DNA of 64,000 nucleotides from a virus (IMGVR_UViG_3300014204_000122:64001-128000), one strand, 5' to 3'; positions 50,787-59,755 are shown, numbered from the stretch's first letter. Notes: generated by a model from the letters alone, not told the origin. Program-made: numbers and translations.

Positions 50787-52259
50787 ATGGACAAAACTAA
50801 AATAAAAAAACTATTAACAGAAGATTTTTCTCTTAATTCCCCAATTGAAGTTATAGATGGTGTTGAGGATGGAAACATTGAAAATCCAGTAACAGTTAAT
50901 TTAAAACCAGGGGATATTATTACTGTTATAGATAATGAAGGCTCTAAAAAAGGAGTAGTACAAGTAGCTGAAAATTCAGGAGATTTAAATGTTGCTATTG
51001 AAGATGAAGAAGAATCTTTAGATCAAGATGATTTGGATATTATAGATATTATAGATTCGGAAGATGAAGAAGAATCTTTAGATCAAGACGATTTAAATAT
51101 TATAGATTCAGAAGATGAAGATGAAGAACAGGAAGAATCTTTAGAAAGTGAGGATTTACAAAATAAAATTGAAGAAATTAAAACTAGTATAGATAACCTA
51201 CAAGAGGAAATAGAAAATATTGAATTGCAAATATCTGATAACGAAGAAATAGAAAATATAGAAGATAGTGAAATTGAACTAGATTTAGAGGATGAAGAAG
51301 AATCTTTAGATCAAGACGATTTAGATATTATAGATATTATAGATTCAGATGATGAAGAGGATAATTTAAACGCAGCAATAGATGAAGTTGAAAGCGAGAC
51401 AGAAGAAATAAATGAAAGTGATATTTCTGACGATGATGATCTTATTGATATTTCTGATATAAATAATAATGATGAAATAGAATTAACAGAAGATATTAAT
51501 ATTAGTTATGATGACGATAAAGAAACTATAGAAGATATAGAAACTTTAGATCAAAATAGCTTAGATACTAATGATTTAGAAATAGAAGATTTAGAACCAG
51601 AAGATGAAGAAGTTGGTTTATCACCAGAGGAATTAGATGCAGCTGGCCTAGGAGATTTAAACCCAACGTTATCTGACACATCAGAAGAAATTACAGATAC
51701 TAATATGTTAAATACAGAATTGGAAGATGAAGTTTCTGACGAAACTCTTTCTGATGTAGATGAAGGTGAAGCTATAAAAAAACAAGAAGATGTGGATGAG
51801 TTAGTGGTATCTTTACTTGATGACGAAGAATTAGAATATATTTCTGATTCACCTAATGATGAAATAGATCTAAAATTAGAGTCAGTTTCTAAAAAAGAAA
51901 AAATGTTACAAGAATCTGTTAAAAAATTAGAACTTGAAAACTATAAACTTTTAAAGGTTAATGGAATTTTAAATTTATTACCTGATTTGTCTTTAGAAAC
52001 AAAACAAACATTGGCAGAAAGTTTTGATAAATGTTCAACAACAACACAAGTTAAAAATTTATATAGTAAAGTTGTTTCAACTGTAAAGGAACATAAAAAA
52101 CCAAAACTTAATACATTAATTATAGAAAGTAATAAAGGCTATAATACAATAGGTATTCCAATGAAAGATAATTTTGATGATAATATTTTAACAGAAGATC
52201 AAAAAAGAAAAAATTATTTAATGGGAATAAACGAAAACGAAGAAGATTATTTCGGATAA
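50787..52259 (+). CDS. acidic prohead scaffold/core protein (gp22-like)
   Basis: Extremely D/E-rich; immediately upstream of MCP; C-terminal LENYKLLKVN..ESFD..VKNLY. Confidence 0.75.
   Translation: MDKTKIKKLLTEDFSLNSPIEVIDGVEDGNIENPVTVNLKPGDIITVIDNEGSKKGVVQVAENSGDLNVAIEDEEESLDQDDLDIIDIIDSEDEEESLDQDDLNIIDSEDEDEEQEESLESEDLQNKIEEIKTSIDNLQEEIENIELQISDNEEIENIEDSEIELDLEDEEESLDQDDLDIIDIIDSDDEEDNLNAAIDEVESETEEINESDISDDDDLIDISDINNNDEIELTEDINISYDDDKETIEDIETLDQNSLDTNDLEIEDLEPEDEEVGLSPEELDAAGLGDLNPTLSDTSEEITDTNMLNTELEDEVSDETLSDVDEGEAIKKQEDVDELVVSLLDDEELEYISDSPNDEIDLKLESVSKKEKMLQESVKKLELENYKLLKVNGILNLLPDLSLETKQTLAESFDKCSTTTQVKNLYSKVVSTVKEHKKPKLNTLIIESNKGYNTIGIPMKDNFDDNILTEDQKRKNYLMGINENEEDYFG
51000..51350 (+). 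repeat. three copies of the EDEEESLDQDDL(DII)DIIDS coding repeat
   Basis: GATGAAGAAGAATCTTTAGATCAAGA at about 51003, 51063 and 51291. Confidence 0.8.
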
Positions 52260-52284
52260 TTTTAATAAAATAAGAAAATAAATA

Positions 52285-52315
52285 AAAAAACCCAAGAAAT
52301 TTCTTGGGTTTTTTT
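52285..52315 (+). terminator. intrinsic terminator
   Basis: AAAAAACCCAAGAAATTTCTTGGGTTTTTTT. Confidence 0.8.
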
Positions 52316-52374
52316 ATTTCTGTAATATTTAAAATAAAATACATTAATTTAAAAACAATTTAAAAATTGATAAA

Positions 52375-54051
52375 ATGAGACAATTACAAGAAAACACTGA
52401 AAAATATAATTTAGGCCGTATTCTTGACCGTTCAGAAACTACACGTATTACAGAAGTAGTTTCAGCATGGAAAAAATCGGGTTATTTATATGGTCTTAAA
52501 GGTAGAGACCTAGGTAAAATGGCTATTTTAGCTGAAAATCAAAAAAAACAAATTTTACAAGAAAATAACACTACTGCAGATATGGCAGTATTTGACACAA
52601 TCGCAATTCCTATGATTCGTCGTCAAAATGCATTAATGGTAACTCCTAATTTAATTAGTGTTCAACCATTATCATATCCAAACGGTATTGTTTTCTATTT
52701 AGACTATGAAGTGTCTAACGAAAAAGTATCTGTTGGTACAGCAAAAACATGGGAAGGTAAATCAGGATATGATCGTTTTTACGATAATGCTGGTTATGAT
52801 ACTTCTAAAGGACGTATTATTGCACGTGGTTATCCTACATATGCTGGCCCTATTGCTCCTATTGATGCTGCTTTAGCTGCAGAATTTCAAGTTGCAGGTG
52901 TTGACTTAGGTGCCGGTGCTGATCTTAATCTTGCAATTGTAGAACTTGATGGTGCTGCAGTTGGTGGATTTGCAATGAATAACTTAGCTTCTTTAAGAGT
53001 ATTTGCTCATAATGGTATTAAAGAATTAGTAGAAGGTGTAGATTATTTTATTCAAAAAACAATACAAGATTGGGGAACTGATTTATTATCTAAAAATCGT
53101 GTTGCAGGTGTAACAGCTTCAGGTAACGCAGGTGGACAAAATCAACCGCCAGCAAATACAGGTGGTGGAATACAAGGTCCAGGTGCAGGTGATAATATTG
53201 TTGAAGTAAAAATTATTCCTACAGTAGCTGGTTTAGGTGCAAACGTAACAGTTCGTTTTGGATTTAACGATTATGCTAACTTAGAATTAGAACCACAAAA
53301 CAGTACAGAATTACGTATGAAAATTACTTCTGCTCCTGTTCAAACTCATATTCATAAGTTAAAAACAGCTTGGACTATTGAATTAGCTCAAGACTTAATG
53401 GCTTACCACGCAATTGATGCTGAAGCTGAATTAACTCAGTTAATGTCAGAAGAAGTAGCTCAAGAAAAAGACCGTATGATCATTAAAGAATTAGTATATG
53501 GTGCAGCTCACTTTGAAGTGTGGAATGCAGATTTTGCTACTGCTGTTGATCCTAATCCTGCTAATACAGTATTCCGTGGTACAGAAGGAACATACAATCA
53601 AACATTAGTTTATGCCGTTAACAGAATCAATGGTAAAATCCAAAAATCAACTCGTAGAGGTGGTGCTAACTGGATTCTTATCTCTGCTGAAGGTGCAGCT
53701 AAATTAGAAAACTTAGATACTTATAAACCAATTGAAGGTGATGCAGAAGGAACAAAATTTGCTGCAGGTGTTGAAAAAATGGGTAAATTATCTAAAAAAT
53801 GGGATGTGTTTGTTGATCCAATGTTACCAGCTGAAGTTTGTTTAGTAGGTCGTAAAGGTACTTCTTTCTTTGATACAGGATTCGTTTATTGTCCATATAT
53901 TGAATATATACTATCTCCAGTTGTTATTGATCCAGAGACTTTCAACCCTCGTAGACAATTAGCTTCTAGATTCGGAACAAAAATGTTAAATAATAAATTC
54001 TATGGTATTGTTCATATGAAAGGAATTGAAAAATTCGAGATATTTGACTAA
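52375..54051 (+). CDS. major capsid protein (T4 gp23-like)
   Basis: AILAENQ, LISVQPL, KLKTAWTIELAQDL.AYH.IDAEAEL, G.VYCPYI, FNPR; strongly biased codon usage. Confidence 0.95.
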   Translation: MRQLQENTEKYNLGRILDRSETTRITEVVSAWKKSGYLYGLKGRDLGKMAILAENQKKQILQENNTTADMAVFDTIAIPMIRRQNALMVTPNLISVQPLSYPNGIVFYLDYEVSNEKVSVGTAKTWEGKSGYDRFYDNAGYDTSKGRIIARGYPTYAGPIAPIDAALAAEFQVAGVDLGAGADLNLAIVELDGAAVGGFAMNNLASLRVFAHNGIKELVEGVDYFIQKTIQDWGTDLLSKNRVAGVTASGNAGGQNQPPANTGGGIQGPGAGDNIVEVKIIPTVAGLGANVTVRFGFNDYANLELEPQNSTELRMKITSAPVQTHIHKLKTAWTIELAQDLMAYHAIDAEAELTQLMSEEVAQEKDRMIIKELVYGAAHFEVWNADFATAVDPNPANTVFRGTEGTYNQTLVYAVNRINGKIQKSTRRGGANWILISAEGAAKLENLDTYKPIEGDAEGTKFAAGVEKMGKLSKKWDVFVDPMLPAEVCLVGRKGTSFFDTGFVYCPYIEYILSPVVIDPETFNPRRQLASRFGTKMLNNKFYGIVHMKGIEKFEIFD

Positions 54052-54073
54052 TAATCAAATAATTATATAAAAT

Positions 54074-54100
54074 AAAAGCCTTGTTTTTTACAAGGCTTTT
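54074..54100 (+). terminator. intrinsic terminator after MCP
   Basis: AAAAGCCTTG..CAAGGCTTTT. Confidence 0.8.
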
Positions 54101-54169
54101 ATTTTGTTTTAAAAATAATATCGAAGAATAAAGTATATTAAAAAATAATTCTTATTTTAAAAAATAAAA

Positions 54170-55513
54170 ATGAGGGAAGAAATCCAAAATATTTTAGATA
54201 AAGATAAACTATATAATTTAACGAGAAAAAATTATTTAGAAAAAAACTATAAAACAATTTATGATAATTTATATATGTTTAAAAATATATATTATTTTAA
54301 TATAGAATTACCCTTTGCCCAATTAGTTTATCTTTATTCTTACGATTTAAAAGAATTACCTGTTTGCTTAAAGTGTAATAGTAATAAGCTTACTTTTGTA
54401 TCTTTTTCGCAAGGATATAAAAAATATTGCTCTAAAAAATGCTCAAACAATCACCAAGAAAGAATAGATAAGCGTAACCAAACTATTTTAAAAAAATATG
54501 GCGTTAAAAACATATCTCAATCTGAAATAATAAAAGAGAAAAAGAGAAAAAATTCTATAGAAAAACATGGAGTAGATAGTCCGTTAAAATTAAAAGAAAT
54601 AAGGGATAAATGTGAAGCAACTTGTGTTCTAAAATATGGAGATTATAATGTTTCTAAAGTAAAAGAATTATATAATAAGCAACGAATTAAATATCAAAAA
54701 ACATTAAAAGATAAATATGGAGTAGATCACATTTCTAAAGTAAAGAGTGTACAAGAAAGTAAAGAAAAAACATATTTAAAAAATTGGGGTGTTAAAAATC
54801 CCTTTTTATCCAAAATTATACAAGATAAAAAAAATAATACAATTCAAGAAAGATATGGAGTTAATAATGTTGGAAAATTATTAGCAACTATAGATAAAAG
54901 AGAAAAAACATATTTAGAAAAGTATGGGGTTAAAAACCCTATGTTGTTATACAAACCGGTTAAAACTTCTAAAATAGAAACAAAAATTTGCAAATTAATA
55001 AATGGAGAAAAATTTAGATTTCAAGGACGTGAATATGACATTAAGGTAGGAAAAGATATATTTGAGATAGATGGAGATTATTTTCATCCAAAAGAAAAGA
55101 AAAACTTAGGTATAATGCAAATGGGTGGATTGATAAATGATTATAGAAAATATAATGCTATTGTAGGTTCTGAATATAATATTTATAAAATATATACTTC
55201 TAATCTACCAAAAAATTTAGAAGGGTTAACAATTGATTTGCTTAAACAACTAAGTTATGAACCCAATTATCAAATAAACTATGAAGATGTTTTGATATCC
55301 AGTGATTACTTAAAAAAATACGTTAAAGAAAAAGGAGAAAATAAGTTATTTAAATATGTGTTTAAACAATTAGTTGATATTTGTATAGAAATAGGAAAAT
55401 TAAATTTGACAAAAGAAGAAATAGAAGAAAGAGTAAGATATATTTTGTTGAACAAGTTAGATTTTAGTTTCAACAATATTTTAAATAATTCTTATTTTAA
55501 AATAAATAAATAA
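54170..55513 (+). CDS. homing-endonuclease-like protein with KYGV repeats
   Basis: C-x2-C..YCSKKC Zn motif, about seven KYGVxN repeats, FEIDGDYFH Vsr-like nuclease motif. Confidence 0.7.
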   Translation: MREEIQNILDKDKLYNLTRKNYLEKNYKTIYDNLYMFKNIYYFNIELPFAQLVYLYSYDLKELPVCLKCNSNKLTFVSFSQGYKKYCSKKCSNNHQERIDKRNQTILKKYGVKNISQSEIIKEKKRKNSIEKHGVDSPLKLKEIRDKCEATCVLKYGDYNVSKVKELYNKQRIKYQKTLKDKYGVDHISKVKSVQESKEKTYLKNWGVKNPFLSKIIQDKKNNTIQERYGVNNVGKLLATIDKREKTYLEKYGVKNPMLLYKPVKTSKIETKICKLINGEKFRFQGREYDIKVGKDIFEIDGDYFHPKEKKNLGIMQMGGLINDYRKYNAIVGSEYNIYKIYTSNLPKNLEGLTIDLLKQLSYEPNYQINYEDVLISSDYLKKYVKEKGENKLFKYVFKQLVDICIEIGKLNLTKEEIEERVRYILLNKLDFSFNNILNNSYFKINK

Positions 55514-55517
55514 TAAA

Positions 55518-55946
55518 ATGAAAGAAGAAATAAAAGAAATTATAGATACATATAGTATTTTTAAATTAATTAAGCCACAATTTTTAGAGAAAGAATATAA
55601 TAGTATTTTCTTAAAAATAAGCGTATTTAAAGAAAGATATTATAAAAATGATATATTACCATATTCTCAGATAGTTTATTTGTATAATCACAATATAATA
55701 AGTATACCGAAGTGTTATTGTGGTAATCAATGTACTTTTAAATCTTTTTCAGAGGGATATAGAGGCTATTGTTCTAATAAATGCTCAGCCAATTCAAAAA
55801 ATAAACAAGAAAAAATAGAAAAAACTTGCACAGAGAGGTATGGTGTAAAAAATGTAGCACAAAAACAAGAAGTAAAAGATAAAAAAAGAGAAACTTTTTT
55901 AGCAAATGAAAAAAATATGATAAAAAATAAAAAAACTTTTATATAG
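55518..55946 (+). CDS. truncated paralog of the KYGV-repeat protein
   Basis: Same N-terminal region, Zn motif and one repeat; no nuclease domain. Confidence 0.65.
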   Translation: MKEEIKEIIDTYSIFKLIKPQFLEKEYNSIFLKISVFKERYYKNDILPYSQIVYLYNHNIISIPKCYCGNQCTFKSFSEGYRGYCSNKCSANSKNKQEKIEKTCTERYGVKNVAQKQEVKDKKRETFLANEKNMIKNKKTFI

Positions 55947-56042
55947 AAGTGTAGCAAATATGTTTTAAAGTGTTTTTAATCTTTAAAAAATAAAATATTT
56001 AGTAAAAAATTAATATTTATATAAAATGTTAATATAGACTAA

Positions 56043-56804
56043 ATGGAAAAAAATAAAACAGAACAATATAGACAATTATATCCCAAAGGAACACAAATAG
56101 AATTAATTTCTATGGATGATGATTTTACCAATTTAAAACAAGGAGATAAGGGGATAATTCAATTGGTGGATGATATAGGTAATGTTCACGTAAATTGGGA
56201 AAATGGTTCAAAATTAGCTTTAGTTCCAGAAGTGGATTCGTTTAAAATAATATCAAACAAATCAGAGATTGAAACAGTTAAGTTTAATGAATTAAAAGAT
56301 AAATTTAAAGAAGAGTATTCATATCTTGATATTCCAGAAGATAATATAATTCAAAAATTTGCAAATAAAGCTTTAAATATAGATGTTAAAGTTGATTTAC
56401 TTGCAGGATATGTATTGTCAGGGAAAGAAAATTCAGCTGAAATTGAAGAAAGTTATACTAAAGAAAAAGATGATAAACCTGGCTACCCAAGAGGAGATGA
56501 GCCTACCAAAATTATTGAAGAGGATGAAAATATTGAAGAAAAAGAAGAAAATCTTAATATTATCTCTTTAGGAGAAATAACTTCTGAAATTTTTGAAAAC
56601 AACAAAGAATATATAAAAGAACAAATTATTGATAATTTTATTACCCAGTTTAAAGCATCTGGTGTATCTCCAGGATTAGCAGAAGATCAAGCAAAAGATC
56701 TTTGGAGAGAAAATTATGGTGAATTTACATATGAAGGTTTAAAAGAAGCTATAGATGATGCTTTTTTAATAGATAGTAGTTTTACAGTTGAGATTATTAA
56801 ATAA
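56043..56804 (+). CDS. DUF4314-like domain protein
   Basis: YPKGTQIELISMDD..G.I..VDDIG..HVNWENGS.LAL.P..D.F. Confidence 0.7.
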   Translation: MEKNKTEQYRQLYPKGTQIELISMDDDFTNLKQGDKGIIQLVDDIGNVHVNWENGSKLALVPEVDSFKIISNKSEIETVKFNELKDKFKEEYSYLDIPEDNIIQKFANKALNIDVKVDLLAGYVLSGKENSAEIEESYTKEKDDKPGYPRGDEPTKIIEEDENIEEKEENLNIISLGEITSEIFENNKEYIKEQIIDNFITQFKASGVSPGLAEDQAKDLWRENYGEFTYEGLKEAIDDAFLIDSSFTVEIIK

Positions 56805-56814
56805 TAATTAAAAA

Positions 56815-57084
56815 ATGGCAAGTAGATATACAAGAAGAACATTTATACAACCTACAAGAAAGATATCAATAGCTAATACAGATGTTTATCATACTTTTAA
56901 TCAGTTTGATAATGTTGATGCTTTAGCTGATAAATGGTATCACGATGTAACATTAGGTTGGGTTATTATGTGCGCCAATCCACAATATAAATTTGAGTTT
57001 CAAATAAACCCAGGTGATAAAATTAGAATAGCTTTTCCTATTAATAGAATATGGAATGAATGGGGTTATAATAATGAAGTTTAA
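56815..57084 (+). CDS. LysM/tail-X-like baseplate protein
   Basis: D.LA.KWY.D..LGWVI..AN..I.PG..IRI. Confidence 0.75.
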   Translation: MASRYTRRTFIQPTRKISIANTDVYHTFNQFDNVDALADKWYHDVTLGWVIMCANPQYKFEFQINPGDKIRIAFPINRIWNEWGYNNEV

Positions 57085-57096
57085 CAAATATAAAAA

Positions 57097-58563
57097 ATGA
57101 AATCAGAAAAAGAAAAACAATTGGAAATACAACTACTTACTGAAAAAATTCAAAATATATCTGGAAAAAAGGTTATTTTCAAAGAAGAGTTTAATATAGA
57201 AGAGGAAGACGATTATTATTTAATAACCTCTTTAGAAGATGAAATAGAAACTGAAGCTTTTATAGATAATTCAAAATATATTCAAAATAAATTTCCAAAT
57301 GAAAAAGTTTTAAAAATTGATTGTGTTTATAATAATGATTTTTTTAAAAAATTTATAGGGTTTTTAAAAAAGAATAATATTAAATATAATATTAGAAAGG
57401 CAAGATTAGATAATTTTTGTAGAATCAATATAAATGTAAAAGATTTAAAATCAACAAACATTTTAAAAGAAAACGAAGAGAAAACATATAAAATATCAAA
57501 AACATATAACGATAAAACTAAAGTTATTGAAGATACTTTAGAAGGATTAATCAAATATTTTAGTTATACTTTAGAATCAGGAAAAAGTCATAATAGTTCA
57601 ATAGATAAAAGACCTAAAACAATTAATAGTCTTATAAGTAATTTAAGAAAAGCTTTTGATGAATTAGAAGGAGGTTTTTCTAGAACAAGTATTAGGTTAA
57701 TTAAAGAAAATGTTGAAGTATTAAAAGAAACTATGTCTGCTATCCCTCCTGTTAAAAGTAAAACATCTGATTTAGAGAATTTAAGAGCTGCAATTATAGC
57801 AGAATATGATGCTATTAATTTATATGATCAAATGGCTAATAATACAAAAAATAGTAAAATTAAAGAAGTTTTGTTAGATATAGCTAAAGAAGAAAAAACT
57901 CATGTAGGTGAATTAGAAGCACTTTTAAAAGACTTTGACAAACAACATGCAGAAGAAGTCGTTTCAGGAGAAAAAGAGGTTAAAAAAGCTTTAAAAGAAG
58001 AAAAAACAACAGTTTTAAAAGAAGCTATTAATCCTAGCAGTTGGAATATGACTAATGTGGCAAATAAAGTAGAAAGTTATGCAAATGAAAAAAATATACC
58101 TTTTGCTAAATTTAAAATTGAAAGAAAACCTTATGGGTATGGAGCTACTAGAACTACAGCTAAATTAAAAATAGGTTCAAATATAATTCTTATGAAAGTA
58201 GATAAAGTACCTGGAATGGGCAATAACGCAAATGACCTTGAGGTATATATGATAGATCCACAAGATGAATCTAAAGGTATAAAAATCAGCAACTGGTGTT
58301 ATTTATCAGATATTCCAAAATTTTTAGATAAATGGTTTGAATCATCTCAAGTTAGTTCTGATATTAAAACAATGTCTAAAGAAGAGGTTGAAAAATTAAA
58401 ATCAGATTTAAAAAAGGCAAGAATTGAAAATAATGAAGAAATAAGTGATGATCAAGCTTTTGATATAGCAGAAAATATTATAAATGAAAATCCGGGTTTA
58501 AAGGAATATTTAACTAGTATAGGAATTAAAGATATACAAGGCTATATAGCTAATTGGATATAA
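57097..58563 (+). CDS. tagged multi-module protein with a ferritin-like domain
   Basis: N-terminal tag; LRAAIIAEYDAINLYDQMA..DIAKEEKTHVGEL; modules separated by LKE/IKE. Confidence 0.75.
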   Translation: MKSEKEKQLEIQLLTEKIQNISGKKVIFKEEFNIEEEDDYYLITSLEDEIETEAFIDNSKYIQNKFPNEKVLKIDCVYNNDFFKKFIGFLKKNNIKYNIRKARLDNFCRININVKDLKSTNILKENEEKTYKISKTYNDKTKVIEDTLEGLIKYFSYTLESGKSHNSSIDKRPKTINSLISNLRKAFDELEGGFSRTSIRLIKENVEVLKETMSAIPPVKSKTSDLENLRAAIIAEYDAINLYDQMANNTKNSKIKEVLLDIAKEEKTHVGELEALLKDFDKQHAEEVVSGEKEVKKALKEEKTTVLKEAINPSSWNMTNVANKVESYANEKNIPFAKFKIERKPYGYGATRTTAKLKIGSNIILMKVDKVPGMGNNANDLEVYMIDPQDESKGIKISNWCYLSDIPKFLDKWFESSQVSSDIKTMSKEEVEKLKSDLKKARIENNEEISDDQAFDIAENIINENPGLKEYLTSIGIKDIQGYIANWI

Positions 58564-58627
58564 AAAAATAAACATTGATAATCAATGAATTATAAATTAT
58601 TTTAAATTATTTTAAGAAAAAGGTTGT

Positions 58628-58741
58628 TTTGTATTAGAAAAAACCATTATCTTTAGCATAACAAATTAAGAGAAATAATACACTTTTGTAAAAATTTTTC
58701 TTATATTAATAATGAAAAATAAAAAATAGTTATATTTAAAA
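58628..58741 (+). promoter_or_regulatory. composite promoter block of tRNA array 3
   Basis: TTTGTATTA..TATCTTTAG, TTCTTATATTAATAAT and TATATTTAAA in the same order as for arrays 1 and 2. Confidence 0.65.
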
Positions 58742-58760
58742 GAAACAATAAATAAAAAAA

Positions 58761-58847
58761 ATGAAAAAGTGGTATACATATAGAACAATTATGACAGCCT
58801 TTAATAAAGGGGTAGAGGATTGTGGTGTACTCGATATTCGGATTTAA
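58761..58847 (+). CDS. leader peptide 3 (MKKWYTYRTIMTAFNKGVEDCGVLDIRI)
   Basis: 28-codon ORF; the first 21 codons contain exactly the 15 amino acids served by array 3. Confidence 0.85.
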   Translation: MKKWYTYRTIMTAFNKGVEDCGVLDIRI

Positions 58848-58872
58848 ACATTAATAAAGTAATTAAATATTT

Positions 58873-58906
58873 AAACCCGAATCAGTAAAAAGTTTCGGGT
58901 TTTTTT
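58873..58906 (+). terminator. attenuator terminator of tRNA array 3
   Basis: AAACCCGAA-12nt-TTCGGGTTTTTTT. Confidence 0.85.
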
Positions 58907-58929
58907 ATCCGGAAAAAAAAATAAAAAAA

Positions 58930-58941
58930 GTTCTTTGACAT
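58930..58941 (+). promoter_or_regulatory. boxA-like antitermination element
   Basis: GTTCTTTGACAT between the terminator and the first tRNA-like RNA. Confidence 0.6.
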
Positions 58942-58957
58942 ATTGGTATAAAAAAAT

Positions 58958-59046
58958 GGTTCTGTGGTGAAAGTATCACAAGGCAGTCGATTCACAACAG
59001 TGAGGTATCTTCAGTCGTGTTACAGGTTCATATCCTGTCAGAACCA
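58958..59046 (+). ncRNA. tRNA-like RNA without a canonical anticodon arm
   Basis: Acceptor GGTTCTG/CAGAACC-A, D arm GTGA-AAGTA-TCAC, T arm ACAGG-TTCATAT-CCTGT; about 40-nt irregular middle. Confidence 0.6.
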
Positions 59047-59055
59047 CATAATATT

Positions 59056-59136
59056 GGATCAGTTGAGCAATTGGTTGGCTCGCCTGACTGTAGATCAGGT
59101 CTGAAAGGCGTGGGGGTTCGAATCCCTCCTGATCCA
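59056..59136 (+). tRNA. tRNA-Tyr(GUA)
   Basis: CCTGA-CTGTAGA-TCAGG. Confidence 0.92.
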
Positions 59137-59152
59137 CATGATATTTTTCACT

Positions 59153-59390
59153 AGGTTTTGTTAATCTGACAAAATAATAAACCTTTAAACATATTAAATA
59201 AAAAGTCAGAATAGTTTAATATGGGTTTTAAGACGGTTTAAGCGCCGATAAATTATTCATTCAGTGGAAAGTAAAGTTTAGTTGTGTAGCATTGTAATTA
59301 TTTATAATGAATTAAATTTTATGGACTCCGAGATGATCATATATATAGAAAGGTATATAATTTTACAAGTAGAAGGCTTGTTATTAAAAC
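59153..59390 (+). ncRNA. candidate structured RNA within the tRNA array
   Basis: Several hairpins; complementary loops TCTGAC/GTCAGA. Confidence 0.4.
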
Positions 59391-59410
59391 TTATTTTTTT
59401 TAAGAAATAT

Positions 59411-59486
59411 TCCTCTGTAGCTATTAATTGGTTAGAGCGATAAATTGTTAATTTGGGGGTTGTTGGTTCGAGTCCAACTGGAGGAG
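59411..59486 (+). tRNA. tRNA-Asn(GUU)
   Basis: TCCTCTG/TGGAGGA-G; loop TTGTTAA; weak anticodon stem. Confidence 0.85.
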
Positions 59487-59497
59487 CAAAATAAAAT

Positions 59498-59570
59498 GGA
59501 TGAGTGGCGTAATTGGTAGCGCAATTGACTGTTAATCAATAGGTTATGGGATCGTACCCCATCTCATCCG
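59498..59570 (+). tRNA. tRNA-Asn(GUU)
   Basis: ATTGA-CTGTTAA-TCAAT; T loop ATCGTAC. Confidence 0.88.
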
Positions 59571-59582
59571 CAAACAAAAAAT

Positions 59583-59657
59583 GCCTTGATAGCGCAGGTG
59601 GTCAGTTCGCGCTGGACTGAAAATCCAGAGATAGTGGTTCAACTCCACTTCAGGGCA
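59583..59657 (+). tRNA. tRNA-Phe(GAA)
   Basis: CTGGA-CTGAAAA-TCCAG. Confidence 0.92.
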
Positions 59658-59670
59658 CATAAAATAAAAC

Positions 59671-59755
59671 GCACGAATAGCACGTAACTGGAAGCGTCCT
59701 TCTCTTCTAAAGAAGTGACTTTATGTTCTTGAAGGTTCGAATCCTTCTTCGTGTA
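59671..59755 (+). tRNA. tRNA-Arg(UCU) with long variable region
   Basis: CTTCT-CTTCTAA-AGAAG; 15-nt V region. Confidence 0.85.

Noticed and set aside
58761-58906. T-box riboswitch control of the tRNA arrays
   Set aside because: No T-box consensus (AGGGTGGNACCGCG) or stem I; the leaders are short translatable ORFs with matching codons instead
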